DNA of 64,000 nucleotides from the human T2T-CHM13v2.0 reference genome, Homo sapiens. Within the stretch, counting starts at the first letter, position 1. Every line of letters begins with the position of its first letter. Location of the stretch: assembly GCF_009914755.1 (NCBI RefSeq), contig NC_060930.1, one strand, 5' to 3'. Position numbers and translations under genes: made by a program. Below the pieces are notes generated by a model. That model did not search any database and was not told where the DNA came from. It was given only the letters and a program-made list of their open reading frames with translations. Below are positions 36,568 to 49,095 of this stretch, piece after piece.

Positions 36568-39500
36568 AAGGGCTGATATCTGCAAGGTGGTAGAGTAGAA
36601 GACTCCAGGCTTCATCCTGTTAAATAACAATTAGACAGCTATCCATGAACAAAAATAGCCCTAGGAAGAGCTCAGGAGTCTCATCAAGAACCTATAGCAG
36701 CACAATAGGGCAAAAACACTAAATAATCGCATAGAGAGGATTGCTTGGGTGATTGATGTGCCAGAAACATCTAGAGATAGCTAGGTATGAAGATAAGGGA
36801 AAGGGGCTATCACTGTCAGCCATGCAGTGAGTGCCACCTTGCTTTCTAGTGGCTTACTCTGCAGAGAATTCTGGCAGTCTTAGTCACAGGGCTGTCAACA
36901 GCCACCATAGTAGGTGTGGATTTTCCATAGATTTCACAGCAAGGTCTCCTTAGTGTTTGTAGGCATGGACCCCAGTGCCTGTTCCACAGAGAACTCTGGC
37001 AGCTTTTGCCACTGACGTAACCAAGAGCTGCTATAGTGCTGAAGATCTCCAGGGGAGGGAGATGCTGCTTCCCCTCGCCCAACCCAACAAGAAGCTACAG
37101 ATGTGCTTCCCTGGGACCTAGATCCCCAGCTCCCCTGCAGCCCCATACATGCCCCTGACCCTGGAGCTGCGGCCACTCTGTGCCTTGATCATTGGAGCCA
37201 CTGCCAAAATGAGGTAGTCTGTGCCCTGGAACTCAGACTTGCAGTCACTTTATGCATGCCCAAGCTCTAGACCTTGGCGCTATGGCTGCTCCAGGAGTGC
37301 CTACACCATGGACACTGAAGCTACCTCTGTAGAAGGTACATCTATGGCCCAGACCCAGGAACAGTGGTTGCTCTGCACATGAGTATGTCCCAGATCCTGG
37401 ATTTCAGGCTTCTCTTTAAGCACCTGTGCTTCATGCACCAATGCTGCAGTTCGGGGGTGGGGTTGGAGAGAGGTCTGAATGCCACCATTGCCCTGAACCC
37501 TGGAACTGTAGTCATTGTGTGTCACTTGTGCTCCAAATCCCAACTCTGTGCTCACTACCCAGGCGCCACACACCAAACACCACTGCCATCACCACTGTGA
37601 GCATGCTCATAAGCTGGACCTGGCACCAAGAAGGATCCTTTTGGCCATGATTTTCCCCATGAGAGAAAAAGAGATAAGGAGGACTCCAGCAGCCTTCACC
37701 ACTAAAGACTCCAACAGCCCTTGCCACTACTGTGGATACTCATAGTTTTAGCAGCTGAGGATCCCTGCAATCTTTGCCAGCCTTGATCTCAGCTGATGGA
37801 ACTGCATAGAGTCTTTACAACGACACCCTCACCTAGCCAGAACCACCTGACCCTACCCAGCTGGTGTCCTCACATCCACCCATAGGCAAAGGTCTTTACC
37901 CACTTAAACCAGTGCAAAAAGTCTTGAAGAAGACTGTTCTATTAAATGTGCAAACATTAACTCAAGATGATAAATAAAAATCAAAGAAACATGATATCAC
38001 AAAATAGAACACACACACCGTAATATTCTAGTAACAGACTTCCCAAAGTGGAGATCTATGAATTTCCTAACAATAAATTCAAAATATTAGGTTGGTGCCA
38101 AAGTAATTACCATTAAAAGCAATGGCAAAACCCACAATTACTTTGGCACCAACCTAATAAGCTCTTTAAGAAAGCTTAGTGAGCTACAAGAAAACATAGG
38201 TAGCTAACCCAACAAAATCGGAAAAATAATACATGAAAAAAATGAGAAGTTCAATAAAGAGATATCACAAAAAAGAACCAAAGAGAAATTCAGGTAATAC
38301 AGAATTCAATTAATGAAATAAAAACTGCAATGGAGAGCATCAACAGCAGACAAAATCAAGCAGAAGAAAGACTTGACTTCTGTGGACCTGAAGACAGGTC
38401 ATTTGAAGACGTCCAAAAGTCTCTCAAGTCAAAAACAAAAAGAATTTTGAAAGCAACAGAAAAGGAAAGAACTTTTTAACATATAAGAAAACCCCTATAT
38501 GGCTATCAGTGGATTTCTCAGGAAGAACTTCGTAGTCCAGGAAAGAATGGGGAGATTTAAAATACTGAAAGAAAAATAAAACCTGCCAGTCAATATTTTA
38601 TCCTATAGTAGATACATAAAATGAGAAAAGAATCATAGCATAATACTGTAGAACATCATCAAATCACAAAGAGACAGAAAGGAACAAAGGGTTGACAAGG
38701 TATTAACAAAATGGCAATAGTAAGTTATTACCAATCAATAATTACCTTGAATGTAAATAGGTTAAATTCTCCAATCAAAAGACATAGAGTAGATAAATGG
38801 GTAAGAAGAAAACACTCAAATATATGCTCCCTACTCACTTCAGTTTGAAGGACTGAAAGATAAAATGTCTTTAAGGACTGAGAGAGCAAATTAAGTTTTA
38901 AAGACAACATAGACTGAAAGTGCAGAGATGAATAAAAACATTCAATGTAAACGGAAAGTAAGAGCAGAGGTGTTTATACTTATATCAGACAAAATAGTTT
39001 TTAAGTCAAAAACTAAAGAGAGACAAAGAAGGTCATTGTATAATGATAAAGGGGTCACTTTATTAAGAAGATATGCCAGTTGTAAATATATAAGTACTAA
39101 ACATCAGAACACATAAATATATAAAGCAAAAGATCTGAGGGAAGAGACAGACAGTAATATAAAAATAATAGAATAAAATTTAATACCTCACTTTCAGCAT
39201 TGGATAGGTTATCCCAACAGAAAATCAATAAGGAAAAGTCACAATTGAATTACAATTTAGACCAACTGAACCTAATAGAGATATACTGAATATTGCATAC
39301 AACAGTTGAACAAAGCACACCTTCCTCAAGCACATGCAGAACATTCTCCAGCATAGATTGTATTTTAGGCTACAAAAAAAGTCTTAACAAACTTAAGAAG
39401 TGTATTTTCTGATCACAGTGTTATAAAACTGGAAATCAATTACAGAGGAAAAACTAGAAAATTCACAAATATGTGGCAGATCTAAAATATCATAACTTTG

Positions 39501-41255
39501 TACCTCAAGGAACTAGAAAGAGAGGAACAACCCCCCCCCCCAATTAGTAGAAGGAAATAACAAAGACCAGAGCAGAAATGAAGGAAATAGAAACTAGATG
39601 AACAACAAAAAGATCAATGAAACTAAGAGTTGGTTTTTTAAAAACATCAACAAAATTAAGAAAGCTTTAGCTGGACTAATTAAGAAAAAAGAGAATATTC
39701 AACTAACTAAAATCAGAAATGAAAAAATACATTACAATAATGTGAGATAAATTAGAAGAACAATTACAGGAGACTATTATAAACAATTATATGCCAACAA
39801 ATTGGATACCCTAGAAAAATGAAAAAAATCCTAGATACAACCTACCAAGAATGAATAGTAAAAAAAAAATTCTTACTCAACATAGTACTAGAGGTCCTAG
39901 CCAGAGCAATTGCACAAGAGAAAAAAATAAAGGGTATACAAATTGGAAAGAAGGAAGTTAGATTGTCCCTGTTTGCAGATAACATAGTCTTATATATTTA
40001 AAGAAATCTAAAAACTTCACCAAAACCTCTTAGAACTGACAATGATAAATGCAGTAAAGTTTTGGGATACACAATCAACATACAAAAATAAGTAGCATTT
40101 CTGTATACTGATAATGAATTAGCTGAAAACATTTCAAGAAAGCAATTTACAATAGCTATAAAAATACCTAAGACCAAATTTAAGCAAGAAAGTGAAAGAT
40201 CTCTGCAATGAAAACTATAAAACACTGATGAAAAAAAATGGAAGGGGACACAAAGAGATGGAAGGCTATTCCATGTTCATGGATTAGAATAATAAATATT
40301 GTTAAAATGACTGCATTTCCCCAGGTGACCTACAGATTACATGCAATCTCTATCAAAATACAAATGACATTCTTCACAGAAATAGATAAAACTATGCTGA
40401 AAATTTGTATAAAGCCACAAGCCATCTTGAATAGAGCAATTCTGTGCATAAAACAAAGCTGGAGGCATCACATGATTTGACCTCAAAATATACTACAGAG
40501 CTATAGTAACCAAAACAACATGGCATTGACATAAAAACAGACACATAGGTCAATAGTATAGAATATAAAATGCAGAAATAAATCCATGCATTTACAGCTG
40601 GCTGATTTTTGACAGCAGCTCCAAGAATATAAATTGGGGAAAGGACAGGCTCTTCAACAAATGGTGCTGGGAAAACTAGGTATCCATATCCAGAAAAATG
40701 AAACTAGATCCCTATCTCTCACCATATACAAAACTGAACTCAAAATGGATGAAATAATTATATGTCAGACCCAAAGCTATTAAACTACTATTAAAATAAG
40801 TTAAACACTTCAGAACATTTGTTTGGGCAAAGATTTTAATGGAGAATAGCTCAAAAGCACAGGCAACAAAAGCAAAAATAGACAAATAGGATTATATCAA
40901 ACTAAAAAGTGCCTGTGTGACAAAGGAAAAATCAACAGAATGAAGAGACAATCTGTAGAAGGAGAGAAAATATTTGCAAGTTATTTATCTGACAAGGGGT
41001 AATTATCCAGAATCTACAAGAAACTCAAAAAAACTCAACAGCAAACAAAAAGAAAAACAGATAATAATAATCTAATTTTAAAATGGGCAAATGATCTGAA
41101 TAGACATTTCTGAAAAGACATAGGAATAGCCAACATGTATCTGAAAAAATGTTCAACATCACTAATCAGGGAAATGCAAATTAAAATCACAATGAGATAT
41201 CATTTTTCTCCAGTTAGAATGACTACTAACAAAAAGATAAAAAATAAATACTGGT
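36568..41255 (+). mobile_element. Old L1M2/L1MA-type element with GC-rich 5' region and multiply deleted ORF1/ORF2; 3'UTR missing
   Basis: 5' end gggctgatatctgcaaggtgg; ORF1 remnants 37950-38600; EN start ccttgaatgtaaat at about 38745; RT tttgcagataacat at about 39972; ORF2 C-terminal remnants to about 41250. Confidence 0.85.
38087..38157. mobile_element. MADE1 (Hsmar1-derived MITE) with TA TSD, nested in L1
   Basis: TA|ttaggttggtgccaaagtaatt...aattactttggcaccaacctaa|TA. Confidence 0.93.
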
Positions 41256-42268
41256 AATTATATCATGTGCATTCTGTAAATTAAATTTTGTTTTTTAATT
41301 TGAGTGATAGAGTTCACTTTTATGTTACTGAACTGGTTTCCATAATCATTTGATTCAGATCTTCAGATATAGTAGAAATGTGAAACTGTTCAGTGACGGG
41401 TTTCTCATTTATATAATGCCAAATCTAATTTAAAGACCATTTTCACTGAAATAACCATTTTATTGAGTATTTTTACATAATATTAAAATAATTAGTTTAA
41501 CCAGAAAACTTTATCAACACATTTGAAATAATTTTGGCTTACGATACGTATACCACTTGATTGAATTTCATGCAACTTCCTAATGGCCGCTTTGATACAG
41601 CATAAGTATAATCACTAAAAGTTACCTACAAAAATGCTATCAAGACTATATTCAATTTGCTAGAAGATATTAATAGAAGGATATTTAGATAATACAATAA
41701 GTTCACATTTGACTTCATTTGCCAAAGAAATATTTAAACCTGTTAAATTTGTGAGTAAGGTTTTATCAATTCAGTTGTGTTTAATAAACATTTAGTGAGT
41801 TCATACCCATTTCCAGTAATGGGTAATTTTAAAAAAATACTTTCTCTGAAGAAATTGTGTAGCAAAACTTAATATAGCTAAGGATATAGACAGAGATTTT
41901 AATTCAACTTTTTTATTTGTAAGAGAAGAGATTGCACAGAGGTGAAATTGCTTATAAAGGGCTTTTCACGTAGAAGGCACAGACGCAAATCACAGAGGTG
42001 TGTGAAGATGCACAGGACAACTATCCTGGAGAGATTAAAGTGCACCTTATTTTCCATGGCATTTTCTTAGCCCTACTTTTTGGATCCTTAAAAAATCAGT
42101 TCTTTTTCCATGATTAACTTTTTTATGTTTAAATTTACTTTGAACTTAGTTTCCAAAAAAATTACACAATATTAAACTTATTAGTGTTTTAACATTACAT
42201 TTGGACCTAAACAAATTTACCATATTATTGTGTTTTTTTAAGTCATTTTAGAAAAACGTATATCTTTT

Positions 42269-42602
<334 letters not shown>

Positions 42603-42964
42603 TTAGATGACAAAGCAAATGACAACCAAAACAATGATAATACAAATCTTGCTAATGATGGCCTATTCAAACTACTTTCTAAAATCTTCCTGTAGTTAAA
42701 TTTTAATGAAATCAAATAGAAAAGAAAAAGGTAACAGATCAAAATTCTTTAGATTTGAGATATGAATGTCATTGAATTATGGCTTCCTGATAGGTTTCTT
42801 TAAGCCCCTGAATATAAATTGTTATTTTCACATCTAGAAATCGACTGGGAGTCAGGAGGATATCTAACAATGCTACCAAAGTCCAGTTATGGGATGGTGC
42901 TTATAGGAACATACTATTATAGGTAGTTTTTAATTATTATTATATTTAGTTATATAAGTTTGTG

Positions 42965-43568
42965 AGTACATTAGTTTTCTGTTGCTGCATAACAAATTAC
43001 CATAGACTTAGTGACTTAAAATGACACAAATTTATTCTTTCACAGTTTCCATTTTCTAGGCCCATTATCTAGGTTTCACTGGGATGAAATCAAGGTGTGG
43101 GTTGGAGACTCACAATCTACTTCCAAGCTCACTGATTATTGGCAAATTCATTTCCTTGCATTTGTAGGAGAGAAGTCTTTGTTTATTTGCTTGCTTGTTT
43201 TTTGTTTTGATGACTGTCAGCTAGGGACCACTCTCAGTTCCTAGAGGTCACCTGCAGTTCTTTGCCATGTGCCCCCCTCCCCCATAGACAATTTACAACA
43301 TCTATGGATGTTTGCTCTCCTTCAGGCCAGCAGGAATGCATCTCTCCTCCTTCTCCCTCCAGTCAACTATGACCCAGTCTGATGAAAATTAGCATAATCA
43401 TGCGGATGAGCAGGCCATGATCTTTTGCCACATAACTTAACCTAATCAAGGAATAACCATCTTACTACATTCATAGGTTAACCCACATTCAAAAGGAGAT
43501 AATTATGTGGAACAGGAGTTCCAGGGAGCAGAAATTTGTAGAAGTATTTCAGGATTCTGCTGACCACA
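42965..43568 (-). mobile_element. MLT1 (MaLR) solo LTR
   Basis: attagttttctgttgctgcataacaaattacc...ggattctgctgaccaca. Confidence 0.8.
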
Positions 43569-43577
43569 GTGATATAC

Positions 43578-43712
43578 ATATTATTTCCATTTTACAGATT
43601 AGAAGATTAGGACTTAGAAAGGTTTAGTAATTGATTTGCCTAGATTGATATGGCTAATATGTGGCGGAGCTAACAGCTGTCTAATTTAAAAGCTGGGACT
43701 CATAACCGTTAT
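43578..43712. mobile_element. MIR
   Basis: ccattttacagattagaagattaggacttagaaaggtt. Confidence 0.65.
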
Positions 43713-44694
43713 GTTTAACATCATCTTGTGGCCTAATGGTAAAGAAATTAAATTACCCTTAATATAGTTAATCCACTTTCTTAGTTTCCATTCACTTGTC
43801 TATACAGAAGACTTAAATTTATCTCTCTAATGTTGAGGACTTGCTTGAGCTATAGTCTCCTATCTCTTAAAATCTTCTGCAATTTTCTAATTTTATGACC
43901 TAGCTTAAATTTGACTCATCCAAAACCAATTTCAAGAAATTACCCTTCTTAAAGTACCAGTTTCTATTAGGTGTGACACCATTTTTCTTGCCTGAATTGC
44001 CATCTTTATGCCTTTTTCTACTTTGCAGCATTATGGACTAATAAAGGGCTGATATCCCAGTACCCATCATGGAGCTCATCTATAGACAGGGCTTAGTCAA
44101 TACACCTGTTTTTGTTTGGTACTCAAGGCTAGTCAGTAACCAATGCTTTTATTTTTTAATTTGAAATATTAAGAACATTTCCATCTGTTTTGTTTTATTA
44201 CTATTAGCATTATATTTAGTAATGATAATGTGTGATTTACCCTTATTTTGGGGGTAGCACCTTTTTTTAGTTATTTAATAAATATATTAGCTGTTTTCCA
44301 AATGCTGCAAACATGCACAGTTTAACCTTGCTTGAAGTAGCACTTCAAGTGCATTTAATTTACCTACAGATTTAGGATCTAATAGTGAAAAATTAGTAAA
44401 TAAAAATGAATTGTAGAATTGTTGCCACCAAACTGAGATTGGAAAATACATTTTAAGTATTAAATTGCTATTAAATATATAAGAACCACTTTCATAGCAT
44501 AGCATGAAATCTTCCCTGGAAGAATACTGCCTTTTTATTGCTTGTGGATATGAATTAGTAGAGTAACTCATTAGATATACTTTCTAGCCCCAGATTTCTA
44601 AGGAAATATACCCATAAAGATTTTTCTAAGGCTACTATTCACTGATGTGAATAAATATACCTAATACGAATAAACATTTTATGGTATTAAGAAA

Positions 44695-44905
44695 GAGTAC
44701 TGGGGAGTGGTTAAGACTATGGAGCCTAGAGCCAGACTGCCTGAGTTTTTATCCCCTTGTCTCCATTTACTAGTTGTGTGACTTTGATAAGATGCTTCAC
44801 CAATCTGATTCTTGATTTTCTTATTTCTAACAAGGAATATTAACAGCATTTATCTCATTAATATGTTAAAAAAATGAAATAATATTTTAAAGAATTTGAG
44901 AACTT
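44695..44905. mobile_element. MIR
   Basis: gtggttaagactatggagcctagagccagactgcctgagtt...atttactagttgtgtgactttg. Confidence 0.75.
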
Positions 44906-47336
44906 GTACCTTATCACTGCTAAACAAACAAATAAATTAGCAGAATATTTAAGATACTGTAAAGATTAATTCTTCGTAGACTATGCAAATATAGTTGCAT
45001 TATTGGGATCTTTAAAAATATTCCTTTAAAACATTAGATTTATGATGCAAAAAGTAATTTAGAAATCGTTAATAATAATAAATGACCCAGGATAAATAAC
45101 AGAAATGCTTACAAAGCATTTTTTTTTTTGAATTTTCAGTGTTATCAGTGAATATTTATTGAATACCTTGTATATTGTAAGTATTGTGGGGGTACAAAGA
45201 GTTACAATATCATGAAACTATTGTTTTAAAGAATTTACAGTCTAATAACAGTAATAGGGTGTGTTTATAAAGACACAGAACCTGGTAGCATATGCTTTTT
45301 GAAGCTGAAGAGATATCTGAGCTCTGATGCAAACCAGCATCGTTTCTTGCCAAGATTTTTGTTTGTTATCCTGAACAGTTAGGAGGCAAATACATGGCCA
45401 CAGTCAACATATGCATATTCCATTCGAGCATAGCATTTAACCTTCAAGACAAAGCATTTTTTAAATAGAGAAAACAAGGCCTCATATAGTTACTAATATT
45501 ATATTAAAAATACTATGTTATCTCTCATTTTATATTATTAATTTTCCTGTATGAGGTCAAATTTTCATCTGGGAGCAAATTTCTTAAATTGATTCTTTTA
45601 GTTGACATATTTTTGAAGAATTTTGGCTAGGTAGTTTAATTTCTCTAAACAAGCATGGGTAAATGAACGCCGGAAAATAAAAGCAAATCTATTTGTGCAT
45701 AAGAAAGACTGCAGCACAGGAGGTGTGAGACACAGCCTTGATCTGCACCTTTTAGCAATCTTGGTTTGGGAGAAAGACAGCTTTATCGTTCCTAACTGCC
45801 AGCTCTGTACTTGGTATGAGTTGGATATTTTTCAGATTAAATCAAAAGGCAAAAATTGGGTCATAAATTCTATGGAGTTCTGTTCAGGGAAATATACTGG
45901 GAAACAGGGTGAGATGGCAGCCAGAAATGTCCCCTTTAGGGCCTGGCAGAAACAAACAACGAGATATAAATACAAAATTAAAATTGATACAATTACATTA
46001 CAGAGTTATTTTAGTCTCAATATCCCCATTCAAAGATTGTGCCTTTGGTTTAAAAGTTACCAGCAGCAAAATTTTGCAGAGTTCCCATTTCCAGGCTCCA
46101 GTGAAAATTCTTTCCTTGGGCTCAGTACATCCATAAGGGATTTGTCAGAGCTTTCTAATTTTACAACTATTAGATAAAATGATAAGGCAGCTGGGTCACT
46201 GGAAGGCGAAGCATCCAAACCAGGATTTTGCTGGCTTAAAGAAAATAAAAATGATGTATAAAATAGCAAGCCCCACGGAACAATATAAAGAAAAGGCAGG
46301 GAAAAGTGTACTGCTGTAAAAGATGTTTAAAGCAAGGATTCTTGTAGTGTCTTATTTTCATTTGAAAGCTGTAGCCGGGAGCAAAGATTCACTTTGTTTT
46401 GGCAAGTTAGAAATATTTCACTGGTTTTTATTTTTACTCAAAGTAAGTACAAGAAACATACTGATAATATGAGATTCTTCTTACTCTCTCTGCTCCACGT
46501 TCTGGCCTTTTCTTTATGCTTGGATACTCCTACTCTCATCTACTTTATCTTCTCTCTAGGGGAAAGTTTTGGAAAGCTGGCTAGAAACAAATGAAAAGTA
46601 AGTTTTCCCTGAGAAGTGTTAAATATATTGCTCTAAGCATCCAGTGTAACATATGGATCTGACCTCTGTGGGATGTGAACCAAATATTTGTTGACTGAGT
46701 GATCATTTCTACAGGCCGGAATTTTAACACAACATTTGATGTTGGAGTTACTGCAGTTCAGTGGAAGACAAATGTTTATGCCATATATAATTTTGAAAAT
46801 ATTCTAGGCTCCCCCTAGACCATGATTTATGAATTATTTCAGCAGCTTGTTGTAGAGCATGGCCAAAAATTTTCGTGTGTTAGGTATTTCTAGAAGCTGA
46901 ATCAATGAAGCAAATTTCTTGATTACTGGTATGTTGGAAGAACCCTAATCATTGTATCATATAAATAAAACTCTTCAAATAATCAAACATAATCAGAAAT
47001 TCAAGTCAGCATGACATTATCAAAAAGGGAGTTGGAAGAAGTGAGGACAGAGGAAATGAGAGAAGAAGATGTGCAAAGAGCGATAAAGCTGATTTAACCT
47101 CAGTCCTGAGTAGTATTTGGGTTTGTGACCTAGTGGATGAAAATGACTGTGTCACTGAAGGATGAGATAGTCCCGTATAAAAATTCCTTTCTTCCAGAAA
47201 GTGATTAATGTCATCCCCCATTGAACAAAGACAAAAGTTCTGATCAAAATTTAAATATAGTTTGGAATATATTTCTGTGGCCACTCTGCACAAGCAGGAT
47301 AGATCCTGACTCCCATTTTTTTTCTGATGATGTCAA

Positions 47337-47396
47337 ACACACACACACACACTCTCTGTCTCTCTCTCTCTCTCTCTCTCGCTCTCTCTCTCTCTC
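47337..47396. repeat. (CA)n(CT)n compound microsatellite
   Basis: Read directly from the sequence. Confidence 0.95.
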
Positions 47397-47702
47397 AAGG
47401 AGTAATGACAGGTTTATTATGCATACAACCAGGCTTTCTGGGGATAAGGCAGGCCTTTCAAGTGGGTCCAAAACATCTTGAGAGTGCAGGGAAAAGAGAA
47501 TGGCTTGGCTTTTCTGGTGGTTAGTGGATGGAGTTAGACTGAAGGTTCCCATGCATGGGTCAGCCTTACATGGTCTGAATTATGCCCCGTTGTAAAAGAA
47601 AGGAGCACTTTTTTTTTTTTAACCAGGCTTTCTTACCAGCTTGCCCAATTGTAAGGCATGAAGGGAAGTGGAAGGAGTGAAGTTTAAAAGTCGTCAACTG
47701 TC

Positions 47703-48024
<322 letters not shown>

Positions 48025-48121
48025 TCAAACATCAGAGAGATGGAATGAGACCCTCGATTACCACACTCAATATAAATTGTATCAGCCCATTGGTGTATGC
48101 ACATTTGCACTATTCTCTTCT

Positions 48122-48570
48122 TTTTTTTTTTTTTATTATACTTTAAGTTTTAGGGTACACGTGCACAACGTGCAGGTTTGTTACATATGTATACATGTGC
48201 CATGTTGCACAACAGGTGCTGGAGAGGATGTGGAGAAATAGGAACACTTTTACACTGTTGGTGGGACTGTAAACTAGTTGCTGGTGGGATTGTAAACTAG
48301 TTGTTGGTGGGACTATAAACTAGTTCAACCATTGTGGAAGACAGTGTGGTGATTCCTCAAGGATCTAGAACTAGAAATACCATTTGACCCAGCGATCCCA
48401 TTACTGGGTATATACCCAAAGGATTATAAACCATGCTGCTACAAAGGCACATGCACACGTATGTTTATTGCGGCACTATTCACAATAGCGAAGACTTGGA
48501 ACCAACCCAAATGTCCATCAATGATAGACCGGATTAAGAAAATGTGGCACATATACACCATGGAATACAA
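48122..48570 (-). mobile_element. Short twin-primed L1PA, copy D
   Basis: Reverse 3' end at 48122-48207 plus inverted ORF2 C-terminal piece at about 48209-48570. Perfect 16-bp TSD tgcactattctcttct at 48106-48121 and 48571-48586. Confidence 0.95.
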
Positions 48571-48987
48571 TGCACTATTCTCTTCTACATCAGTTTTCCT
48601 CTCAAGTCTCCTCAAGATTTGTGCACTTTCTGTGACTCTAGCATATTGCAGTTACTCCAGTATCAAATGTTGTGTTAAAATTCTGGCCTGTAGAAATGAT
48701 CACTCAGATATCTTACTAATTTGTTGGCATTTTAAGGTTCTTCCACCAAAACATCACGTTCTGCACATCGTTTTTAAATTCTTATTTTCTCTGCCAGGTC
48801 CAGCTCCTTTCTTACTGACCAGAGCTCTATCAGCTTCTTCACACTTCTCCTCCTTAACTGCTTATCTTTCAAAGAGCAGTTCAAGTCCCCTCTTCACTGT
48901 CTTCCTGCAATCATTTAGGTCCTTGTCAATGTCTGTATATAGTTTCATTTCTAAATCCCAGAAACAACTGATGGTAATAATTGCATG

Positions 48988-49095
48988 TTTATATATTTAC
49001 ATATATTTAAAAATATATATACACATATATTTAAATACATATATACACACACACATATCTATATACATACATATATGTATGTATTCAAATATATA
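48988..49095. repeat. (TA)/(CA)-rich low-complexity repeat
   Basis: Read directly from the sequence. Confidence 0.85.

Noticed and set aside
36846-37745. GC-richer segment with several overlapping ORFs, resembling an exon cluster or promoter
   Set aside because: It lies between the L1M 5' terminus and ORF1 remnants, so it is the repetitive 5' region of the old L1, and it is CpG-poor.
45695-46177. 160-aa plus-strand ORF
   Set aside because: GTG start, no recognisable domain, no convincing splice context, antisense to EYS; compatible with chance.
48257-48325. CRISPR-like or prokaryotic repeat array
   Set aside because: The units are contiguous L1 sequence with no spacers. The window is primate intronic DNA with no prokaryotic features, tRNA or rRNA.
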